Part shown: one piece after another, positions 1 to 9,033 of the stretch
Layout of the letters: every line of letters begins with the position of its first letter
Numbering within the stretch: the first letter of the stretch is position 1
NCBI GenBank assembly: GCA_963764725.1
Contig: CAVXTM010000001.1
Span: 128,001-192,000 of the forward strand
From: an uncultured Gammaproteobacteria bacterium
GTDB lineage: Bacteria > Pseudomonadota > Gammaproteobacteria > JACCXJ01
DNA length: 64,000 nucleotides
Reading direction: 5' to 3'
Notes under the pieces: generated by a model
What the model saw: the letters and a program-made list of their open reading frames with translations, nothing else
The model's database searches: none
What the model was told of the DNA's origin: nothing
Program-made: the position numbers and the translations under genes

Positions 1-138
1 CAGCTCCTCGGACGTCACGGTCTTGACCGTGCCCAAGGTCCCGACCGGCATGAAGACCGGAGTGTCTATGTCGCCCCGGCGGAGCCGAAGGCGTCCGCGG
101 CGCGCCGCGCCGCAGCTCGCGAGGAGATCAAATTTCAT
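1..138 (-). CDS. tgt: tRNA-guanine transglycosylase, 5' part (runs off window)
   Basis: Manual translation [39 protein letters not shown]; TPVFMPVGT motif; directly downstream of queA. Confidence 0.93.
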   Translation of the reverse strand, partial: MKFDLLASCGAARRGRLRLRRGDIDTPVFMPVGTLGTVKTVTSEEL

Positions 139-169
139 CCGTTCGCCCGGCCGCGTCACGATGATTCCA

Positions 170-1195
170 TCATGATTGGCTCACCCACATCGCGTCCCCA
201 TAACTATAAAACCGGTACCTCTTTGCGATGGCGTGGCGGTAGGCGCGCAGCACCGGCTCACGGCCCGCAAAGGCGCACACCAGCATCAACAGCGTGGATT
301 CGGGGAGATGAAAATTGGTGATCATCCCAGCGACGGTCTTAAACTGGTAACTGGGATAAATGAAAATATCCGTCTCGCCGCAATACGGGCGCAGCGCACC
401 CTCCGCGGAAGCCGCCTCGAGCGCCCGCACGCTCGTGGTTCCCACGGCGATGACTCTGCCGCCGCGCGCCCGCGCGGCGCGCACTTCCCGGCATACGGTT
501 TCCGTCACTTCCATGCGCTCCCGATGCATGCGGTGATCGCCGATGCGCTCCTCGCGCACGGGCTCGAAGGTTCCCGCACCCACATGCAAGGTCACGAACG
601 CCATGGCGATGCCTTTATCCTTGAGCGCGGCGAGGAGCCTCCGGTCGAAATGTAAACCGGCCGTCGGCGCCGCGACCGCTCCGGGGCGGCGGGCAAAGAC
701 CGTCTGGTAGCGTTCCTCATCGACGGCCTCGTCCGGACGGTGGAGATAGGGCGGCAACGGGACATGGCCGGACGCCGCCATCACCTCGAAGAGATCACCC
801 GCGGCGCAAAGCCGGACTTCATAGAACTCTTCATGGCGCCCGAGCACCTCTAAGGTGGGCCCGCCCGCGAGCGTAATACGGGTCCCGCCCCGTGGCGGTT
901 TGCTGGCCCGGATCTGGGCCGTGGCGCGACGCTTGGAGAGCACGCGCTCTAGCAACACCTCGACCGCGCCGCCGCTATCTTTGTGTCCATAAAGCCGCGC
1001 CTTCATCACACGCGTGTCGTTGAAGACCAAGAGATCCTCGGGCCGGAGCAGATCCACGATGTCCGCGAACCTACCATCGCCAATCGCGCCCGTCGCCGCG
1101 TCTAGGCACAATAAGCGGCTCGCGCCGCGCTCGGCCACGGGATAGCGGGCGATGCGCTCCGGGGGTAGGTAGTAGTGAAAGTCGCTTCGATACAT
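170..1195 (-). CDS. queA: S-adenosylmethionine:tRNA ribosyltransferase-isomerase
   Basis: [11 protein letters not shown] start, [44 protein letters not shown]; start placed at MYRSDF. Confidence 0.97.
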   Translation of the reverse strand: MYRSDFHYYLPPERIARYPVAERGASRLLCLDAATGAIGDGRFADIVDLLRPEDLLVFNDTRVMKARLYGHKDSGGAVEVLLERVLSKRRATAQIRASKPPRGGTRITLAGGPTLEVLGRHEEFYEVRLCAAGDLFEVMAASGHVPLPPYLHRPDEAVDEERYQTVFARRPGAVAAPTAGLHFDRRLLAALKDKGIAMAFVTLHVGAGTFEPVREERIGDHRMHRERMEVTETVCREVRAARARGGRVIAVGTTSVRALEAASAEGALRPYCGETDIFIYPSYQFKTVAGMITNFHLPESTLLMLVCAFAGREPVLRAYRHAIAKRYRFYSYGDAMWVSQS

Positions 1196-1320
1196 CCTGC
1201 CTAGGGTAGCGCGTTGCGCGGTAGAATGCCTCGTGGAGCACGTTCGGAGTATTGCCCGAGTTCGCGCCCCATTACTAGGAGCCAAAGCATTCGAACACGC
1301 GGAGGAGGAGCCGCCAGTCT

Positions 1321-1346
1321 TGTAATCCGTAACGCGTTAGGTTACA
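1321..1346. promoter_or_regulatory. Palindromic operator (probable HigA site) over the higBA promoter
   Basis: TGTAATCCG-TAACGCGTTA-GGTTACA: perfect 10-bp core palindrome with TGTAA/TTACA arms, ~10 bp before the higB GTG. Confidence 0.6.
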
Positions 1347-1355
1347 GTCCGGCAG

Positions 1356-1634
1356 GTGATCCGCGGCTTCAAGCACAAAGGTTTGGGCCAGTTCTTTGAG
1401 ACCGGGTCCAGAGGAGGCATCCAGACACAACACGCTGAACGGCTGCGCCTTATTTTGGGCCGTCTGAATGCGGCAACCGCTCCGAAAGATATGGCGCTTC
1501 CCGGGGTGGATCTTCATGCGCTCAAGGGTGACCGGAAGGGTGGTTGGGCGGTGTCGGTAAGCGGGAACTGGCAGGTCACATTTAAGTTCGTTGGGAAGGA
1601 CGCTAATTTCGTCGATTACGAGGATTATCACTGA
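1356..1634 (+). CDS. higB: HigB (RelE/ParE-family) toxin
   Basis: [41 protein letters not shown]-terminus. Confidence 0.92.
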   Translation: MIRGFKHKGLGQFFETGSRGGIQTQHAERLRLILGRLNAATAPKDMALPGVDLHALKGDRKGGWAVSVSGNWQVTFKFVGKDANFVDYEDYH

Positions 1635-1647
1635 AGAGAGCATCGCA

Positions 1648-1935
1648 ATGCGTATGCACAACCCCCCTCATCCGGGCGAGATCATCAAATCCCTTTGCCT
1701 TGAGCCCTTGGGCGTGAGCGTCACGCAGGCCGCGAAGGCCCTTGGCGTTAGCCGCAAGACGCTCTCTGCCATTCTGAACGGCCGGGCCGGTATCAGTCCC
1801 GAGATGGCCGTCCGTCTTTCCATTGCGTTCGCTACGCCCGCTGAAAGCTGGCTCAATCAGCAAACGCAGTATGAACTTTGGCATGCGGAACGGCGTCGCA
1901 AGGAGCTTCGGGTGGCTAGGCTCGCCGCGGCATAA
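1648..1935 (+). CDS. higA: HigA HTH antitoxin
   Basis: [45 protein letters not shown]; downstream of toxin. Confidence 0.93.
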   Translation: MRMHNPPHPGEIIKSLCLEPLGVSVTQAAKALGVSRKTLSAILNGRAGISPEMAVRLSIAFATPAESWLNQQTQYELWHAERRRKELRVARLAAA

Positions 1936-1975
1936 CACGCGGGGTCAAGTCTCCCATCGTGCAAGATCACCTCTA

Positions 1976-2911
1976 TTATCTATAAGCTGAGAGACCTGAC
2001 CCCAACTTGCCGAGGATCTCATACATATAGTTGACAGGCAGTGAGAAGTGACCTTCATTCGGTAGCAAGCGTAGATCAGACCGAGGTAAGGCAGCGGCCA
2101 GGTAGCGGGCGTGCGCCGGCGGCACCACCTGATCGCGGCCACCCTGCCAGAGTGTGACCGGTAGCGCGATGTTTGAGATCTCAAAACCCCAGGGATTCGC
2201 GTAGAGTGCAAACTCATGCATCGCCGCGCGTGCTCCTTGTCGAAACGCTTCTCGCATGGAGGCCACAAGCAGAGGGCGTATCTCGGGGCGCGTTAACGCC
2301 GCGCGGTCGGCATCGTCGGCCAGCGCGGTGAGCAGGGAATAGGCGATCTCCGGATACTTGCCCATAAGCAAGGGTGGGCCGATCCCATAGACAGGCTTTA
2401 ACAACCAGCGAGCCCGTCGGGCTAAAAAAAAGCCGAACCGAGCGTGCCAACGTTGGCCTTGAAGCGCCCACGGCTCGAAGACCGGTCCGAGGCCACCGAC
2501 GAGGGCGGCTGCGGTGAGCCGCTCGGGAATAGCGTGCGCGCACGCGAGCGCATACGGACAGCCGCCGGAAACGCCCAGGATCGCAAAGCGCTCGGTACCC
2601 AAGACCTTGGCCAATTGCGTGAGGTCCCCCGACCACCTAGCCAGCGTGTGATTCTGCGTAAAATCGGACAGACCGTAGCCCGGACGGTCTACCGAAATCA
2701 AGCGCAGCCCGAGCTTGACTGCGGCCGGCTCGAGGACCCGCGCTTCGAGCCGCGAGGCGGGAAAGCCGTGACAGTAAAAGATCGGCTTACCCTCCGGGAT
2801 CCCGTACTCGCTGAAAGCGAGCATGCGCCCATCGTTAAGCTGGATGCGGGTCACTAAAAGCGGCGCTTTGCTACAATGCCGAACGGTCTTAAGCTTAAGT
2901 CGGTCACGCAC
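1976..2911 (-). CDS. Alpha/beta fold hydrolase
   Basis: HGFPASR, DRPGYGLS, nucleophile elbow GVSGG, EGHFS catalytic His; start uncertain. Confidence 0.88.
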   Translation of the reverse strand: MRDRLKLKTVRHCSKAPLLVTRIQLNDGRMLAFSEYGIPEGKPIFYCHGFPASRLEARVLEPAAVKLGLRLISVDRPGYGLSDFTQNHTLARWSGDLTQLAKVLGTERFAILGVSGGCPYALACAHAIPERLTAAALVGGLGPVFEPWALQGQRWHARFGFFLARRARWLLKPVYGIGPPLLMGKYPEIAYSLLTALADDADRAALTRPEIRPLLVASMREAFRQGARAAMHEFALYANPWGFEISNIALPVTLWQGGRDQVVPPAHARYLAAALPRSDLRLLPNEGHFSLPVNYMYEILGKLGSGLSAYR

Positions 2912-2970
2912 AAATCCTGAAGCTTCGAACGTTACGTCCGGACCATGAGCACCAATCGCAGGAAAAAATA

Positions 2971-4179
2971 ATGAAAATCGTTATTGCCCCCGACTCCTTC
3001 AAAGAGAATCTTACCTCCCTAGAGGTTGCGACCGCCATCGAGCGCGGGATCCGCCGGGTCCTGCCCAAGGCGCGATGCGTCAAGATCCCGATGGCCGACG
3101 GTGGCGAGGGCACGGTGCAGTCACTGGTCGATGCCACGGGGGGCAGCCTGCTGCGAAAGCGGGTGCGCGGTCCCCGTGGCGTACTGGTGAGCGCTCGTTA
3201 CGGGATCCTCGGTGACGGCGAGACCGCGGTGATCGAAATGGCCCAGGCGTCCGGGTTGCCGTTAATCCCGAAAGCAGAGCGAAATCCGCTCGAGACGACC
3301 ACCTACGGTACCGGGGAGCTCATTATTGATGCCATCGCAAGGGGGATCAAGTCCATTATCATCGGCATCGGCGGTTCGGCGACGGTCGATGGCGGAACAG
3401 GCATGGCGCAAGCGCTCGGGGTAAAATTCATAGGCGCCAACGGTAAGGAGATCACCGCACTATGCAGCGGCGGAATGCTCGATCAGATCGCCAGGATCGA
3501 TATGAGCGGTCTCGATCCGAGGGTGAGAAAAACCCGAATCGTTATCGCCAGCGACGTGGATAATCCCTTGTATGGCCGGCGCGGCGCGGCCTATGTCTTC
3601 GCTCCGCAAAAAGGCGCGACCCCGGAGATGGTGAAGCTGCTCGATAGCAATCTCCGGCGCGCGGCGGCGGTGATTAAGCGAGATTGCGGCATCGACGTCG
3701 GAAAGCTCAAGGGCAGCGGCGCCGCCGGAGGATTAGGGGCGGGGCTGGTTGCCTTTGCCCGGGCGCGGATTAAAGGCGGCGCGGATCTGGTGATCGAAGC
3801 AACGCAACTAAAGCGCTACTTGAAAGATGCGGATCTGGTCATTACCGGCGAGGGGCGGGTCGATTTTCAGACCGCGTTCGGCAAGACGCCGGCAGGTGTC
3901 GCGAAGGCGGCCAAGCAATTCCGGGTGCCCGTGGTGGCCATCGGCGGGGGGCTTGCGGACGATGCTCGGGGGGTCTATTTCCACGGCATCGATGCCCTCG
4001 AAGCCGGGGCCGCGCGCGACATGGATCTCGCGGAGGCCTTGCGTCTTTCGAGGCAACACTTGGAGAACGCGGGTGAGCGCGTGATGCGCCTGATCTTAAT
4101 CGGAAAACGCTTAGGTCAACGCCGGGCCACGGGCGCCCTGCGGCCGGGCAAGCGAACGTTTCGCGCGAGTCAACAGTGA
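2971..4179 (+). CDS. glxK: Glycerate kinase (GlxK/GarK family)
   Basis: IVIAPDSFKE, PMADGGEGT, GIGGSATVDGG, GAAGGLG, ITGEGRVD.QT..GK. Confidence 0.93.
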   Translation: MKIVIAPDSFKENLTSLEVATAIERGIRRVLPKARCVKIPMADGGEGTVQSLVDATGGSLLRKRVRGPRGVLVSARYGILGDGETAVIEMAQASGLPLIPKAERNPLETTTYGTGELIIDAIARGIKSIIIGIGGSATVDGGTGMAQALGVKFIGANGKEITALCSGGMLDQIARIDMSGLDPRVRKTRIVIASDVDNPLYGRRGAAYVFAPQKGATPEMVKLLDSNLRRAAAVIKRDCGIDVGKLKGSGAAGGLGAGLVAFARARIKGGADLVIEATQLKRYLKDADLVITGEGRVDFQTAFGKTPAGVAKAAKQFRVPVVAIGGGLADDARGVYFHGIDALEAGAARDMDLAEALRLSRQHLENAGERVMRLILIGKRLGQRRATGALRPGKRTFRASQQ

Positions 4180-4853
4180 GTCGCGGATGCGTCGCTTTCG
4201 AGCTCAGAGAAGCGCACCGGCAGCGTTTCCTTGGTGGACAACCTGCCCGCGGGATCTTTTACCACGACGATGAGTTTTTGCGCATCGGCGAGCCCGGCGG
4301 GGATCACCATCCTACCACCGCGCTTGAGCTGGTGTAGTAGGGGTGGGGGGATCAGATCGGGCGCCGCGGTGACGATGATTTTGTCGAACGGCGCAATCTC
4401 GGGCCAACCGAAATAGCCATCACTGATGCGTGTTTCGATGTTGCGGTAGCCCAACTTTCCGAATCGGCGCTGAGCTTGCTGCGATAACTCTTCGATAATG
4501 TCCACGGTGTAGACCTTGGCTGAAAGCTTCGCGAGGACGGCCGCCTGGTAACCTAGGCCGGTTCCGATCTCGAGCACCGTGTCGGTAGCGTTCAGGGCCA
4601 GGAGATCGGTCATCAACGCAACGATAAACGGCTGGGAAATGGTTTTGTTATAACCGATGGGCAAGGGCGTGTCGGCGTAGGCGTAGCCCTGGAATTCCAC
4701 CGGCACAAATTCATGCCGCGGGATCTCGGCCATGACCTGCATCACGCGCGGGTCCAGCGTGGATTTTCCGATGAAATCGACGCACATGCCGGTGTGCGCC
4801 TCAATGTCGGAGATCATGTGCTGCTGCATTGAAGCGAAGAGCGGTTCATTCAT
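4170..4853 (-). CDS. pcm: Protein-L-isoaspartate O-methyltransferase
   Basis: PRHEFV, AYADTPLPIG..TISQP, VLEIGTGLGYQAA, APFDKIIVTAA. Confidence 0.93.
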   Translation of the reverse strand: MNEPLFASMQQHMISDIEAHTGMCVDFIGKSTLDPRVMQVMAEIPRHEFVPVEFQGYAYADTPLPIGYNKTISQPFIVALMTDLLALNATDTVLEIGTGLGYQAAVLAKLSAKVYTVDIIEELSQQAQRRFGKLGYRNIETRISDGYFGWPEIAPFDKIIVTAAPDLIPPPLLHQLKRGGRMVIPAGLADAQKLIVVVKDPAGRLSTKETLPVRFSELESDASATHC

Positions 4854-4949
4854 CTGGGATCACACACGCATGGCCGACATCCCTATCGCGGTCAAAGCGG
4901 CTTCTGCCATGGGCCATCGGGGAACAAGGTGAAGAATAGCCTGCAGTTC

Positions 4950-5549
4950 CTAGCGCTTTCCGTACTGCAGAGGCGTGCCCGTGCGCTGGGCATAGATATA
5001 GGTCTCCAGCGCCCGCATCTCAGGGGAATCCGGAGCAAGCTTTTTGCCCCGTACCGGATTTTCGATGCACCAGTTGATCGCGTCTCGCAACAGTGCGACC
5101 CGCCCGAGCTGGGCCTGAAATTTCGGGTAAGTCTCGGGGTGGGTATTCGATCCATCCGGATGGCACATATCGCAGGAGACGGCGATAGTGCTCTTTAGCC
5201 GATCGCCGCTGTGAAAGATGCGCGAGCCTTCGACGGCCAATTTGTACGTCTCTTGCTGCCAGACATTTACATCCTCGGGGGTAACGCTACCGTAAGTCGA
5301 TCCCTGGCCCTTACCGATGAGACCCTTGTTGTCGGCCGGAACCACCACCTTGTGCTTGGCCAACTCTTCGGCCATCCAGTCGCGTGCTTCGCCTCTGCGT
5401 TTCCATTGCGCCATGGTCGCGTCATCGGTGCCCGGGTCTTGTTTGATGGCGGCCGGGTAGTCGCCGCCCAGCTCCGCCGCCCGCCCCTGGGAGGACATCA
5501 GCGACACGAGCGTGAAGATGGCGCCTACGAGAAGTTTGAACGTGCGCAT
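4950..5549 (-). CDS. Periplasmic monoheme cytochrome c, SoxA/TsdA-like
   Basis: Sec-type signal peptide; one CxxCH (CDMCH); downstream YPKF and INWCI motifs resembling His/Cys-ligated SoxA/TsdA heme domains. Confidence 0.75.
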   Translation of the reverse strand: MRTFKLLVGAIFTLVSLMSSQGRAAELGGDYPAAIKQDPGTDDATMAQWKRRGEARDWMAEELAKHKVVVPADNKGLIGKGQGSTYGSVTPEDVNVWQQETYKLAVEGSRIFHSGDRLKSTIAVSCDMCHPDGSNTHPETYPKFQAQLGRVALLRDAINWCIENPVRGKKLAPDSPEMRALETYIYAQRTGTPLQYGKR

Positions 5550-5582
5550 TTTCTTATCCTCCTGAAACGATGAGGTGACTCC

Positions 5583-6716
5583 TCAATAACTTTGAAGATT
5601 AGGCGTCAGCGGCACGGCGCTTTTTCCCTCGCTCGTCAGATAAGCGCTCGCGACCTGAATTGGGTTGCGGTTCCAAAGATTGTAAAGTTTATCGACGAGG
5701 CCACCCGCTTTGACGCCGACCGATCCATCCCCGAGCGCGTCGTTGGGATTGAAGGGATCGGCACGGTTCATCTGCACCGTGAGGGCCGGCAACCCCTCGG
5801 GCGCATAAGGCCACGGCCAAGCGGTGGACAGCATTCCGTGGAAATGGATGTTGCCGATCCGATGGGTAAGGATCTGGTGGGTATGCCCGTGCACGACCAC
5901 CACTTGCTTGAAACGCTGCAATAAGGCCTGTACCTCCTCGGCGTCCTCAGTCCAGAAGTTCCACGGACGATAGTACTTGTATAGCGGGGAGTGCGAAAAC
6001 ACGATGAGCGGCGTGGCATCGGAATAGGCAGCGAGGTCGTTTTTGAGCCAAGCCTGCTGCTCCGTCCCGACCTTGAAGCGGCTCTGGATGCCGTTGTCGA
6101 GCCCTGCCACCGTCTGCATCCGCTCCATCCCCGTCATGCCACGCTCGCTCCAGAAGTCATCCTCCAGCACACTGTGGAGAACGACAAAGTGAACGCCCTT
6201 GTGATCAAACGAATAGGTGGGTTGACCAAACAGCGTGCGCCATTTCTCGCCCATATCCAGAAACCAGTCGTGCTCGCCGACCATCATCTTGACCGGCGCC
6301 TTGAGGCTCTTCAGGATCTGCGCGCCGAGCTCGAGCTCCAGGGGTTGTCCCAGTTGCGCGAGGTCACCTCCATAGAGCACGAAATCCGGCTGCGGCGCCA
6401 TGTGGTTGATGTCGTTGACGGCGCGCAGCAACTGCCGAACGAAGCGGTCATTGAGCTCGCGTTTATAAAGGTGTGAGTCGGAGATATAGGCGAAGGTGAA
6501 TGCCACCGGACCCGCCTCTCCGGTCGCGGCGTGGGCCACCTGCACCGGCTGGAAGCTGTGGAAGTTGAATTCCACACCGCGCGCGAGCGCGGCTGCAGCG
6601 GCGACGGCGGAGAGCTTGAGAAAGCTCCGGCGGTCGAGGTTTTTCAAGCCACGGAACAATGCCTCGCGTTCTTCGTAGTATTTCGTCTCGACGCTCTTAA
6701 CGATTGTTCGTTTCAT
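5583..6716 (-). CDS. Tat-exported calcineurin-like metallophosphoesterase
   Basis: GGAGG RBS before MKRT; twin-arginine DRRSFLK; motifs SDSH, GGD, GEHD, FSHSP, HGHTH. Confidence 0.88.
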   Translation of the reverse strand: MKRTIVKSVETKYYEEREALFRGLKNLDRRSFLKLSAVAAAAALARGVEFNFHSFQPVQVAHAATGEAGPVAFTFAYISDSHLYKRELNDRFVRQLLRAVNDINHMAPQPDFVLYGGDLAQLGQPLELELGAQILKSLKAPVKMMVGEHDWFLDMGEKWRTLFGQPTYSFDHKGVHFVVLHSVLEDDFWSERGMTGMERMQTVAGLDNGIQSRFKVGTEQQAWLKNDLAAYSDATPLIVFSHSPLYKYYRPWNFWTEDAEEVQALLQRFKQVVVVHGHTHQILTHRIGNIHFHGMLSTAWPWPYAPEGLPALTVQMNRADPFNPNDALGDGSVGVKAGGLVDKLYNLWNRNPIQVASAYLTSEGKSAVPLTPNLQSY

Positions 6717-6732
6717 CTTTGTGCCTCCAAAC

Positions 6733-8064
6733 TTACCTGGTCCCGCCCATGACCCGCTCTTCAAACGGCAATACGCGACGCTCGGCCATCGCCGTGTCGC
6801 GGAAGGGGCGCTTCGCCGCGGCCAGCCTGCGCTGTTCTGTAAAGGCGCGCTGATTTTGCTCCGTAAAGCGCGCGTCGCTAAGCGTAAACATGAACTCCAC
6901 GACCGCATCGATTTCCTCTTCGCTCAGGGCCAGCGGTTCGATGCCGCCGTCTAGAAACGGATTGGGCTCGCCGCCTTTGTTATAGTGATCCATCACGTCC
7001 CACAGCGTCTCCATAGACCCATCATGCATGTAGGGGCCCGTCAGTGCGATATTGCGCAATTGCATGGTCTTGAACGCCCCAATGTCGGCACGATCCTTCG
7101 TGACCATGAACCGGCCAAGCTCCGATAGATCGGTCTCGATCGCCAGGCGATCGACCGCTTTCATACCTCCTTCTTGCGCCAGGGCATCGAGAGCCCGGCG
7201 CGCTAGCTCTTCGAAATTTTGCTTGCGCGCCGCCACCCCGATATTGTGAAATCGATTGTCGCTGCCGATGGGAATGGAAGGGTTCATCTGGTGACAGCTC
7301 ATGCAGCGCCCCTTACCATTGAATAGGTTCCAGCCGCGCTTGGCCTCCTCCGAGATGGCCTCCGGGCTGCCCGCTAGGTAGCGATCGAAGGGGGCATCGA
7401 GAAACACGAAGGTACGCTCAAAGGCGGCGATGGCCCGCCCCAGATCGTCGTAGTTCGGAGCCCGCCCATAGGCGAAGGAGAACATGCGCTTGTATTCGGG
7501 ATCATCGGCGATCGCTGCCAGCGCCGCCCCCTCGTTGGCGTGGCCCATCTCGATCGGGTTGACGATGGGCAGTTTCGCCTGTTCCTCGAGGCTCGGGGCG
7601 CGGCCGTCAAGAAACATGGTTTGCAGCAAAAAGGCATTCATGGTGGTGGGGGCATTGCGCTTGCCCAGGGCGCCGTTTATTCCCTCCGAGACCGCCCGCT
7701 GGTCGGTAAAGCCTCGGCTGACGTCATGACAGGTAGCGCAAGCCACAGTGCCGTCCTTGGACAGCCGGGTTTCGAAGTAAAGCTTCTTCCCAAGCGCCAC
7801 CCGTTCGGGCGTCATTTTGTTGTCTTCGGGGATCACAAGTCGTTGCCAGATCCCCGGATCCACACCAGGCGGGGACTGGGTTACGTCGCGCTCCGGAAGT
7901 AAGCTCTCGAGGAGGGTTTCTTGCTGACCCATGTCGAGGGCGCCGTGGGGTCCACGCGGCCCTGCGGCATTCTCTTGCAACTGCGTATTGCAAGCCCCTA
8001 ACCACGGAAGCACCATCGTAATTAGTAGAAAAGCCGTGCGATTTCTAATTTTTTGGTACTGCAT
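6733..8064 (-). CDS. Lipoprotein diheme enzyme of the bCcP/MauG superfamily
   Basis: Lipobox LGAC; two CxxCH (CATCH, CMSCH); LGKKLYFETRLS, RNAPT, NPIEMG, LRNIALTGPYMHDGS. Confidence 0.9.
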   Translation of the reverse strand: MQYQKIRNRTAFLLITMVLPWLGACNTQLQENAAGPRGPHGALDMGQQETLLESLLPERDVTQSPPGVDPGIWQRLVIPEDNKMTPERVALGKKLYFETRLSKDGTVACATCHDVSRGFTDQRAVSEGINGALGKRNAPTTMNAFLLQTMFLDGRAPSLEEQAKLPIVNPIEMGHANEGAALAAIADDPEYKRMFSFAYGRAPNYDDLGRAIAAFERTFVFLDAPFDRYLAGSPEAISEEAKRGWNLFNGKGRCMSCHQMNPSIPIGSDNRFHNIGVAARKQNFEELARRALDALAQEGGMKAVDRLAIETDLSELGRFMVTKDRADIGAFKTMQLRNIALTGPYMHDGSMETLWDVMDHYNKGGEPNPFLDGGIEPLALSEEEIDAVVEFMFTLSDARFTEQNQRAFTEQRRLAAAKRPFRDTAMAERRVLPFEERVMGGTR

Positions 8065-8761
8065 TGGTGATCCTCTCACGGTTCTCTTGTCCACGCCGTC
8101 GGGTAAACCCATTCTCCTGGCGACACCCAGCGGTCGCCTTCACGACAAAATTATAACGCGCGCTGACTATTTTTGGATTTTCGTCCGTTGCGGAAGGCAC
8201 ATGCCAAAGCGACCGCACGTTAGAGCGGCTCTCGTGCAGCACGATCGTGATGGCGATTTGCTCGATCGCCGCGAGCACACAAATCAGCGTGGCCAGCCGA
8301 AACGGCCAGGTCGGACCGCCGGCGAACATGAGGAAGGCGGTGCTAGCAGCCACCGCAGCCGCCAACTTAACGCCCCAGGTGTGATAGGTGGGAAAGACCC
8401 TGAATTTCAACATACCGATGACGGCAGATAGGGCGGAGCCCGCGATCACCGCCATGATGAAGGGCGCTTCTTGGCGCATGATGTCAGGCCATAACCACCA
8501 CGCCGTGACCGGGATCGTGACATACATCACCACGTCGCCGGCGGTGTCCAATAGGGCCCCGAGTGCGGATTCCTGCTTCAATACCCGCGCGATGAAACCG
8601 TCGAGCGCATCGCTCAGGAACGCTAGTACGAGGACCGCCAAATAGGCCTTCGGCATCCCATGCCAAGCGAGCAGGCCGAGCACGGGCGCCGCGATGAACC
8701 GAAAGCAGCTCAGCAAGTTCGGCCAAGTGAGCACGCCGTTGATATTCTCCTGAAGTGCCAT
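8045..8761 (-). CDS. CDP-alcohol phosphatidyltransferase family protein
   Basis: PNLLS..R; DALDGFIAR...S.LG..LDT.GD signature; several TM helices. Confidence 0.9.
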   Translation of the reverse strand: MALQENINGVLTWPNLLSCFRFIAAPVLGLLAWHGMPKAYLAVLVLAFLSDALDGFIARVLKQESALGALLDTAGDVVMYVTIPVTAWWLWPDIMRQEAPFIMAVIAGSALSAVIGMLKFRVFPTYHTWGVKLAAAVAASTAFLMFAGGPTWPFRLATLICVLAAIEQIAITIVLHESRSNVRSLWHVPSATDENPKIVSARYNFVVKATAGCRQENGFTRRRGQENRERITNAVPKN

Positions 8762-8838
8762 TTCGGTAGCCCCAAAAGATTTCGCAAAACATCACCCTCG
8801 CGACAGCGTAATGTCAATATGCACCGCAGCGTGTCGAT

Positions 8839-9033
8839 TTACTCCTCTTTCCCTCGCGCGCGCAACCACCAACGGGTCCAGCTGTATTCGATAACAAGGA
8901 GCGCGATTCCGGCAGGGATGACGATGAATGCCGGACCCGGTAGCACGATGATCGCGACTACCGCGATGAGTGTCGTGGCGCCGAGCATCACGCCCACGAG
9001 CCCCCGGGCTAGTGCATCACCGCGAGATTTCAT
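8839..9033 (-). CDS. Small PGPGW-like membrane protein
   Basis: 64 aa with two hydrophobic helices around LPGPA and L..EYSW..W; overlaps the upstream gene stop. Confidence 0.65.
   Translation of the reverse strand: MKSRGDALARGLVGVMLGATTLIAVVAIIVLPGPAFIVIPAGIALLVIEYSWTRWWLRARGKEE

Noticed and set aside
1200-1320. tRNA gene upstream of queA
   Set aside because: No cloverleaf, T-loop context or CCA end could be built
1275-1661. 128-aa minus-strand ORF
   Set aside because: Antisense shadow of higB
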